Assembly (NCBI GenBank): GCA_013115145.1
Contig: JAAPAO010000302.1
Coordinates: 1 to 41,424 of the forward strand
Length of the DNA stretch: 41,424 nt
From: Perkinsus chesapeaki ATCC PRA-425
Lineage: Eukaryota > Protista > Perkinsozoa
Reading direction: 5' to 3'
The notes under the pieces were generated by a model. That model was not told the DNA's origin, did no database searches, and saw nothing but the letters and a program-made list of their open reading frames with translations. Position 1 is the first letter of the stretch. Each line of letters starts with the position of its first letter. Position numbers and translations under genes: made by a program. This document shows, piece after piece, positions 14,399-22,909 of the stretch.

Positions 14399-14680
14399 TG
14401 CGCACCGAAGGCACCCAAATACTCAACTCATTCGGGTTGAGGAGATGAAACGCAGTTTCAAACAAATGTGCAAGAAAAAACACGGCGACGAGCCAGGGAA
14501 ACCCGGTTCGGATAACACCAGTAGCTCTGCCGCAATACCGCAGCTAAGCCTCACCATTGGCGAGTTTAACAGGCATCCACGACTCTCGTCAAGGCCGAGA
14601 GAGGAAGACGAAAAGGAGATGGTCAGATTCTGAGCATCAAGAGAGTTCAGGCTAAGGTCTGAGCCAAATAGGCAAACAGA

Positions 14681-15757
14681 CTAGACACCCGAAGCCTTAG
14701 GTAATTTGCCCGGCGAACGGGAAACGGAATCATCATTCCTGTCTCTTTTTTCACCACGATTGGAATCTCTTCGACCCTTCTGCGAGTCCGTGGACTTCGA
14801 GCCGTCACCAGAGCGCCTCGACTTCTCTTGCTTGAGCTGAGGTTGGAAAGATGAAGCCGCTAAAGATGACAGAATAACTTCCGACAACAAGTCACCGCGA
14901 AAGTAAAAGTCACCCAACCCGGCAATTCCTAAGGAGGCCGAGGCTTCAATCTTACGCCGAATGGCTCTATCAGCCGCAGTAGCCGAAAACCAATTAAACT
15001 GAATAGCTAAACCAAGGATTCTAGCCTCATGTGCGTCTATCGCAGCTGGGGTCAAATCTCCCTTATTGATATTACCACCGTTAATATCATCCTGGACGAT
15101 AAGCATAGCCCAACCGAGCGTTTGAAAAGCCAAAGTCCAATGAGCACCAAACTGGCGCACAGGGTTTTTAGCCCCAGAAGGCTTCTCAGGAGACTTGATA
15201 ATCACTGGAGTGCCGTCCTCCTTCTCGGCGAGGATGGTACCGTCGCGCCTGCCGTCAGCAGACTCATCTATGAAATAACGGGACAAGTCTACATAAGTCC
15301 AAGGGGAACCTCTCAATGCTTCGACCATTTTTGTAGTAGGCATACACGCATCCGGGATAGGGCCCCACTTCTCGCTCACAGCTTTAACACTATCGGAGTA
15401 GTCTCTCGACCTCGACGAAGATCGCGCCGCAGTCACCTCACCACTACCAACAGCAGCCCGAGAAGCATACGCTAACTGGTCCTTCGCTTCTGCAGATATA
15501 CTGCACACATAAGTAGAAAGGACTCCCTCCTCCAGATTATCCAAAACGGGTGACTCACCAAGCTTGGCGAGCAAAGCCTTCTGGGCACCCTCAGAGAGGC
15601 AGCTAATAGACCTAAGGGAGCCAAGGCCGAAACCACACAAGCCTTCTACAAGAGCTTCTTGAACTGAAGGTTCAGCAACGACTTCTCGGACAACTTCTTC
15701 TAGGAGATCTCGGGAACCGCGAGGGTGAGCAGAGACCGTGGACATTGTCAAAAACAA
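14681..15757 (-). CDS. Gag-like ORF1 of the retroelement (first ATG at 15745)
   Basis: First ORF after repeat A1; helical body and a basic/Ser-rich tail (KSRRSGDGSKSTDSQKGRRDSNRGEKRDR). Assigned by position; no zinc knuckle seen. Confidence 0.75.
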   Translation of the reverse strand: MFLTMSTVSAHPRGSRDLLEEVVREVVAEPSVQEALVEGLCGFGLGSLRSISCLSEGAQKALLAKLGESPVLDNLEEGVLSTYVCSISAEAKDQLAYASRAAVGSGEVTAARSSSRSRDYSDSVKAVSEKWGPIPDACMPTTKMVEALRGSPWTYVDLSRYFIDESADGRRDGTILAEKEDGTPVIIKSPEKPSGAKNPVRQFGAHWTLAFQTLGWAMLIVQDDINGGNINKGDLTPAAIDAHEARILGLAIQFNWFSATAADRAIRRKIEASASLGIAGLGDFYFRGDLLSEVILSSLAASSFQPQLKQEKSRRSGDGSKSTDSQKGRRDSNRGEKRDRNDDSVSRSPGKLPKASGV

Positions 15758-15941
15758 CTAAAAAGGAGTCACACGAGAGGGGGAATCCTACCCCAAGCAG
15801 GAAAAAAAAAGACCTCTAAGAGAGGAAAAGGACGCAAGGGTCCCCACGGGCCAAAGAACCCTTAAAAAAAGAGAAACAAAGTCTCCAAGGTCAAATGACC
15901 CAGAGCCAGTAGACTGGCGGCTATAAGCAAAGCATGCCCTC

Positions 15942-16112
15942 AGGAGAAAACTCCACACAAGGGCGATCAACCTGAGTTTTCTGCTCTACTATATCATTAT
16001 GAAACAGAAGCTACGCAGCTTACACAATGGTCAAATCTCAGAACATGGCGGAGCGAAGCGTCCCCCGAAGAACGAATTTACCCGCGTCGAACCTTGCAGG
16101 TTTAACTATACA
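15942..16112 (-). repeat. Split direct repeat A1 (171 bp), 5' terminus of the element
   Basis: Identical to 10441-10611. Confidence 0.97.
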
Positions 16113-16463
16113 ATGTTTCAACCAAGCATGAAACTTTGAAAGTCTAAGCGATCCCCCATCTACGCCGGATCTACTCATGATCCCGCTCAAGCGTCCCGCC
16201 ACCGATACGAATATGTGTATCGTTACCCCCAATGAACGCAAGTAGCCCGTATTTCCGAAACACGATTCCGCAAGATCGCCAAAAGCGAATCACCTGTATG
16301 AGTATTGCTAAACGACAGTGGATCTGGCTCCCAGTGTCTGCTCCTAACCAACGCATTTTGTTGAAATATAAAGAATAACGATTGGATGGTAATGAGGAGG
16401 GTTAATGGGAATCGACGAAACTTCGCAAGTTTCGTAATCCCAAAATGTCTCCGAAATAAGTAT

Positions 16464-16841
16464 TCACTTCATATGCCTCGCTGTATAGGTAACCGTGGAC
16501 CCAGACTGATAGAAGGACAAGGAAGTATGGTCCTCGCTTAGTTTTGGATTTAAGGATCTCGTAGTTAGATTCCCACCTGACTTATTAATCATATCATCAC
16601 ATTCTCTACCAGACAGATAGAGCTCTCTTTCGCTAACTTCATAAACGCACTTGTACTTCTTGGCAATGACAGGGCGATTCTTCTTCAGAATAACTGTACC
16701 ATCACTCTTGAAGGTTATGCTCAAGTCGATATAATAGCCTTTGGGAGGGTTGACCGTAGGGACAAACTTCGCATTGAAGTACTGGCCATTGAGGAGCGAT
16801 GCAGCCAGCATGAGGATGACATAACGTGGGAAGTTGAGCAT
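16464..16841 (-). CDS. Small secreted protein of unknown function (125 aa), intact family member
   Basis: Intronless ORF with a signal-peptide-like start (MLNFPRYVILMLAASLLNG) and two Cys (YKC, GREC) conserved in the two paralogs at 8.4-9.5 kb. Confidence 0.85.
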   Translation of the reverse strand: MLNFPRYVILMLAASLLNGQYFNAKFVPTVNPPKGYYIDLSITFKSDGTVILKKNRPVIAKKYKCVYEVSERELYLSGRECDDMINKSGGNLTTRSLNPKLSEDHTSLSFYQSGSTVTYTARHMK

Positions 16842-17522
16842 CAGGGATTCAACACTTTACAAGGACCTGACCGACGAGCTACTATGTGGCAGATAGCAGG
16901 GGCTAGCTTTGCTGATAATTGCTTCACCGTATAGCGACTGGGTCACCGAAGTTACTACGCGATCGCAAACTGCCAACTGGACAGGCTGAGGACAATTTTT
17001 ACTGGTGCCTGCATAGCCACATCACTCAAACCGCATTGATCAATTGACCACACTGATATAATGAACTATAATGATAGAATGAAGTCAGATAGCGCTATTC
17101 TATGCTGCAGTCACGGTGACCGTGACGTGGCCCTATTATACAGTGCATCGACCACACCTCACGTCCACTGGCCATAGTCAATTGCTGTTAGGTTTCCTAA
17201 CTCAAGTAAATAGTAGAAATAGGGTCAGGATCACAACCGTCGGTTGCCAACCGAAGACCAATGTCACCCCTTTCTTCATCAAATCTGACATTCATATCAA
17301 CCGCGAGCACTTGGGCTCCAAATTTTGGAGACAATCGTTCGAATAACCTGCAGAATGGAGCCCGTCTAAGAATAGAAATCGTAAAATCACAAGTGGTGCA
17401 TTGGCTATGGCATGCGCAAACCCCGGTCGCATCTTTATGATCCGGCCCAGTGCACTGTACACTGCTGCGTTAATGGTTACTAACCAGCAGCATCCTGAAT
17501 CAGGGCAACTGGTCTATGTCGT

Positions 17523-17544
17523 CTGACACAGTGTCAGTGACACT
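17523..17544. repeat. 22-bp triple inverted scar, T=CTGACACT (perfect)
   Basis: ctgacac agtgtcag tgacact = T[1-7] + revcomp(T) + T[2-8]. Confidence 0.9.
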
Positions 17545-17804
17545 AGTATAGTATTGTCGAGTGCAGTTTTTGGCGTCACTGGGTTAGCTCGGTCTTCCGA
17601 ACTGTGGAACAGCGGAACCCGAAGGCAATTAATCGATTCGATTCAATCGAATCTCGGATCGATGCGGTGATTGAGAGTGTGTTCGAAGGATTCGTTCAAA
17701 GCGGCAGTGGTCCGATTCCATGGTTAGTCGTAGCTTCCCGGAAGTAGAGCTCGAAACACTCTCCTGGTGCTGCACAAGTGGTGCACCGCGAAGAAGTCCC
17801 CTCG

Positions 17805-17826
17805 TGTGTAGCCTACACAGTGTAGG
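17805..17826. repeat. 22-bp triple inverted scar, T=TGTGTAGG (perfect)
   Basis: tgtgtag cctacaca gtgtagg. Confidence 0.9.
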
Positions 17827-17873
17827 TGACCCACAGTAGATCAGAACTATGCGATTGAGTCGAATCTTCGTTG

Positions 17874-17914
17874 ATCGCTGAATTGAGAATCAAAACGATT
17901 CTCAATTCGGCGAT
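17874..17914. other. 18-bp stem-loop in intergenic DNA
   Basis: atcgctgaattgagaatc AAAAC gattctcaattcggcgat: 17 Watson-Crick pairs plus one G-T pair. Confidence 0.85.
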
Positions 17915-18256
17915 GCCGCAGAGTCCTCGTAATTCGTTTGGGCTGAAAAGAAATGACGCTAGAAGTTCCAACGGTTTAAGTTGGAACTTGGAAAATTTCC
18001 CGGAGATTCACTCTACCTTAATTGACATTAGGCAAGGAAGGTTGTACGGATGAGAATCCTTAGTTGTGTAGGGGGATAGAACGCAACAGAAGAAGTGTTG
18101 AGGGAGTGATCAACAAATAATAACTGCAAGGGAACCATTCAACGATCCCCGCCGAGTATCAGAAGCAACTAGTGAACAATTCTGATTCAGAGCGGTTTAT
18201 GCACCACTCGAAATATCTTCGGATTTGCGACCAAGATGAATCTAATACATTTGAGT

Positions 18257-18278
18257 ATGTGAGTCTCACATTGTGAGT
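18257..18278. repeat. 22-bp triple inverted scar, T=ATGTGAGA (1 mismatch)
   Basis: atgtgag tctcacat tgtgagt; the last base is t where a is expected. Confidence 0.75.
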
Positions 18279-18470
18279 GGTAGCAACAATCCGCCCAATT
18301 CTTTCCGCTCGCCCCAACGGTCATGGCGTTATAACGGTTCTTTTCACTCGTAATGATTAGAATATGTCTCACATTGTGTGTTGGTATTCGTCGAAATGGG
18401 AAAGTTATGACTGATTTGCACCACAGTTTGGGTCACACTGTACAGATGGCTCGGACCGAACTGTACATGG

Positions 18471-18492
18471 ATTCTGTGACAGACTTTCTGTC
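18471..18492. repeat. 22-bp triple inverted scar, T=ATTCTGTC (1 mismatch)
   Basis: attctgt gacagact ttctgtc; position 18484 is c where a is expected. Confidence 0.75.
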
Positions 18493-18555
18493 AACGCAAT
18501 AGGCGAAAACAGTCTCTAAAAATAATGGTTCCAAAATGGTAACTATAATGATACA

Positions 18556-20618
18556 TTATTTTACGAACATAGATACAATGGCCACCACAGATCGGCAGCA
18601 CTCAAGCTCAGCTGGATTCCATGAATCAAGTTCTCGAGTCTTGGTAGGCCGATAGTATCTGGAAACGATCTGATAAGTTATTAATCGGGTAAAATCCGGC
18701 AATGCAAGCACCAGCAGAAGATTCCTATTCTTGGAGAGCAAAGTATAGGCGTCAGTCCCAATGTTCATGAAACCAATTCTGGGATTCAGAATCGATGCCA
18801 GCGTCGCATTTTACGTGTAAAAAGCAGTTCTGGAATCGATTCCGAATTTCAAAACAGGTTTATTAAACGACCCCAGTAGCGCAGGAAGACGACGAACGGC
18901 ATGTGTTTGCTCACCTGCCAGTGAATCATCCGAGCAGGACCATTCGCTCAGAGAATCTCCGATCTCCTCTTCCTCGCCAAAGAAATATAACAAGTCAACA
19001 TAGTCCTGGTAGAGGCCCATACCGCGATACGCCGTACTGATATAAAATGACCGCACCAGAAGCATCGAGATGTGCGTGGCGTCAACTTCGTTTGACCGGC
19101 AAGGCTGACGGACCAATCGTCTGAGCACCTTCGCTAGCAGAAGCAGCTCCGGTTCCGCATCCATGATCTCGTGCTTTAACCGCTGCATTTCAGCCATCGC
19201 CCCGCATTCGGTCACAAAGCGAATCTCGACGTGGAAGTCTAAGTGAGGTATCTCTACGGTCATATAGCATGGTACTTGGTCCTCCTGTACTATGGTGAGC
19301 CGGGGTACACTATATGCAGGACAACAGTCCCTCTTACTAATTCGGGTAATTGACCAACCATTGGCCTCGGCAGCACAAATGAGCTGCAATTTGGAGGAAA
19401 GGACATCATCGTTCGCCATCGCCACTCTCAAGAGATCATCATCTCGATTAGCTATACCCAACGCGAATGCCCCAAGAGGGAAGGCATCAGTGCCCGTGAC
19501 TTGCTTTATGTAATCGACTGCAGAGCGTGCAAGAGCCACTTGACCTGCCGTTGCTTCCCAACGCTTGAGCATACATCGCAGCCTGTTTGTGGCATCAAAT
19601 GCAGTGAGTCGGTAGCATACACATGCACCGTCGATCTGCTGTATGGTGATTCCAGGCAGGCTACTGAGGTTCTTCTGACTGACCTGAGTGATACTAGCCT
19701 AAGACCACTAGCTTCCTCTTTCTCGTCCCTGTATAGTTGTTCCTCTGTGAGGGCTTCCTTACCTCATCCTTCGGGACTAAGTCCCTCAGCTTGACACCAC
19801 CTCTTAGGTTTATTTCGTCAAAGAAGTTAAAGATGAGGTCACCATGGGCGATGTACCGCGTACCATCGGCTGTGGTTTTGCCTCGCGTCACTAGAAGGTC
19901 AACTATGCACTCTCGGAGCAACACCCGCAGCTGGGCCGGCGTCGCCGGTTCTCTCCCCATATAAAACCTGAGCAGCCCCTGCATTCAACAGTGCATGCCA
20001 CTCAGCAGCTCACAAGTCCTCAGTTCCGCCCTCCTCTGTTGGTGCTGGCGGAATGAACTCGAGCTTAACAACACCAGTGCTTACAGCTGTAGGAGAATCT
20101 GACGACCTCATACCAGCAATACATTCCCGTCAACAGCCCCCCCCACCTGTTAGCGGGTCACCGTCCAGCGAAGACCTATCGGATTCCCTGTCCCGCCGTT
20201 CGTGATCAGGCCCGATCCTTGCCCGCTTGAAGCTAGGCTCATCGTCACTTGGCGGCCGTTTGATCTCCGCCATTGCACCATAGTTCGTAGAAAGCATACT
20301 GCTACTCTCAAATGGCTTCAGTGGTTTGAGTGGCAAAGGAGAGGGCATACCTCCATTCGTCGCATCTGTTGTCGGAGTAACTGGTAGTGGTACGGGAGGA
20401 GCCGGTAGCATCGTCTCTGGTTTCGTAGGCAGCAGCGGTAGGCCACTCGAATGTTGGCCGAATTGTGAGACGCTGGGTCTGGGCGGTCCTGCTGCTGGTG
20501 GTGGCGGTGGTCTGTTAGAGAAGCCCGTCCTGGGGGCAGCCCCTCCAGTTGGGGGGCCCCTCAAACCGCCCCGCATTCCCCCACGACCGCGACCTCTGAA
20601 CATCTGAGGCCACCCCAA
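18556..20618 (-). CDS. RGG/proline-rich protein with a Cid1/Trf4-like nucleotidyltransferase-fold domain, multi-exon
   Basis: ORF blocks 20130-20618 (RGRGRGGMRGG, poly-Pro), 19694-19984, 18811-19572 (FPLGAFALGIANRDDDLL, VPRLTI, HVEIRF, LLLAKVLRRLV) and 18556-18768, joined by plausible GT-AG introns. Joining them into one gene is inferred. Confidence 0.55.
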
Positions 20619-20796
20619 GGAGCTGCGAAAATCGGTTTAACCCTTTTCCCATTTAAAACTAATGGGGCGAACACAAGAGCCCGAAGATCATTAGAATGAC
20701 AATTGATCAGCGGCAAAAGGAATGATCGGGCGGAATTTCCCCGAGCCCGGTGGAGTGTGAGGGACGAGAATCATTATCGCTACTGCGGCGAGGGCC

Positions 20797-22447
20797 CTAG
20801 CTCATTTGCTGTCGAGGAACACTCTTTTTCTGGTACTTTTCAAAAGCATCCTCAATGACAGAGAAATCGAGGGTGGCCTGAAGTCGACTGAATCCCATGA
20901 AACCGAGCGGGCGCCTTACGACGTTCTCGGCGCAAACGTAGTAGCCGCCGCGGTCCGGGATATCCACCACGAGGACAGTGGCCTTCTTCGAGCCAGGTTC
21001 GTTCAATCCTCCGCAGGCGCCTGCGATCTGTTCGCTTATTTCACCTTCGAAATCAGTGGAGTAGTACAAGCTGACGTCATATGACGCCAACTTCTTGGCG
21101 ACCGGATGGAACACCTACGTACTTTATCTCCACCCGAACCCCGCCGCTATTACATTCTTCTTGATATCCCTCAGGCTCTCGCAGTCCCAGTCCGGTCCGA
21201 AAAATACACAAACCGAGGGGTTGTCATTGATCCCATCAGGATTCGAGTCCAAATTGTTATAACTGGAAATGAGGAGTCCACATCCCCACCAGCGGCGACC
21301 GGGAAGCTCACGTCTCTGGGATCCAAGGGAAGTAGTTGGCGTGGGGGTCACTGGTGGGTATCCCACGTCCACTTGTAGTGATGACGGCGCCGTCTGGCGA
21401 TATAATTGCTAACGTGGGGATACCATTAACCTTCAAGTGAAAGTAAAGCAGTTCGCAACTTGCCAGGACGCACTCACCCCGACAGCTTTCTCAAGGGCCG
21501 CCTTCGCCGCCTGCTGTCCGAAGGGCACAGCCGGCCACGGCATAGTAGCGAGATAGTTAGTGTACCTGTTGGAGTGCCAATTGGGGGATGATACGGAGAC
21601 ATGAGCTTACTCTTGCTCGCTGTTATCGCTTGATACAAATATAATCTCGAATTTATCCGCCAATTTGGCATGATTTTCATTATACCACTTGGCCAACAAA
21701 GGTGTGAACTTCTTGCAAGGCGGGCACCAGTGCGCGGAGAAATACCTTCCCAGAGAGTCCACCCACGAGCGGCAGCAAACTCTCACAGTCCGAGATGCTT
21801 CCCCTGCAAACTTTCCTTAGTCGTCTCACTTCCATCTTTGTCCACGAACGCTTTCGGTAGGAGATCGGTCACAGGCTTGGGCCTCCATGGCAGATCCTGT
21901 CCTGTGGGATCGTCGGCCACGGCGGAGCGGCCGTCCGTGGTGATAGTTTCGCCGTTCTGGTCTACTATAACGAGCATTGGGATGCCGTTGACTTTGAATC
22001 TGCGAGCCCATGTAAAAAGCCAGGCTTATTTGACTGCTACTTCCTGGATAGCTTCTCCTTGATATCGCGTTCGGCGAATGGCACGGCGAACCACGGCATC
22101 TCACTGAAGTACTCCTTGAAGGCTGTCTCTGACCTAACACAAAGGGCCTCGAGGGTGGACACCGATAGGGGGCTGCCTACCGATCAGAGGAAACAAAAAC
22201 TATCTTAAGTCCCTTGTCCGCGTAGTGACTGGTGTAGTTGCGGGCGAGCTCGGGAGTGAACCGTCGACAAGGGGGGCACCAGTGGGCAGAAAAGTAGATG
22301 CCAACCGCATTGCAGCCTGGAATGGTTGATAAGGGCCTTACAGACAAGGTCGGCATTACCTTCCAGAGCCGCGGCGGTTTCCACACTGTGACCGTCATCA
22401 ACGATAAGATGGTCACCGAAAAGGTCAACAAGGGATTGCGCTGTCAT
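20797..22447 (-). CDS. Nucleoredoxin (tryparedoxin-like), multi-exon
   Basis: Two active-site domains, [19 protein letters not shown] and [19 protein letters not shown], each followed by IxFVSSD. Linker [24 protein letters not shown]...LPW. Third C-terminal domain ends at 20797. Confidence 0.92.
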
Positions 22448-22909
22448 TATAATGACAAAGTAGTTCAACTAACCGAACATACCCATCCCGAGAAAGAATA
22501 TTGATCAAATTAGTCCAAGTCCCGGTGGATGGAGACTGGGATGGTCACCGAGACGGGACCAAAGCAGCGGTTGTGGAAAGGCTTTGTTGGTGTGTTTGCC
22601 GCTTCCTGAGGAATATGTTATATTACAGTACGTTGCTGAGGAGCCAGCAAAGCGCTTACGGCTAACTGGGAATGACGCGCAAGTTGCTAATTAACAAGAA
22701 AACGCAGGTTGTGCGGTTCGAACCTGCGCATCCTTTCTCAAAGAGGCGGAGCAATCTTGCGCGTTGAACAAGCTAAGGAAGAGGAACCCTTCCGAAGATT
22801 CAGTGGCCCTTTAATGATTCCGCGGGCCCTAATCGCAGTCTTCCAACTCCATGTAGTATATCTACATGCACAATCGACGGCTAATGGACCGAAAGTGACC
22901 GTACAAAGC

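Larger units (their letters stand above)
10253..16112 (-). mobile_element. Tyrosine-recombinase retrotransposon (DIRS order; Ngaro/PAT-type split direct repeats), full length
   Basis: gag-like, RT-RNaseH and YR ORFs are all on the minus strand. Terminal architecture on the coding strand: A1, ORFs, B1, A2, 40-bp spacer, B2. Repeat copies are identical. No TSD is visible. Confidence 0.95.

Noticed and set aside
11027-15475. Antisense or overlapping ORFs within the retroelement (e.g. 11058-11381, 15029-15475)
   Set aside because: Shadow frames of long coding regions with no recognisable motifs.
22703-22728. 8-bp hairpin with gttcgaa in the divergent nucleoredoxin/sortilin gap, as a tRNA or regulatory site
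   Set aside because: No cloverleaf; 8-bp stems with free loop length are expected several times by chance.
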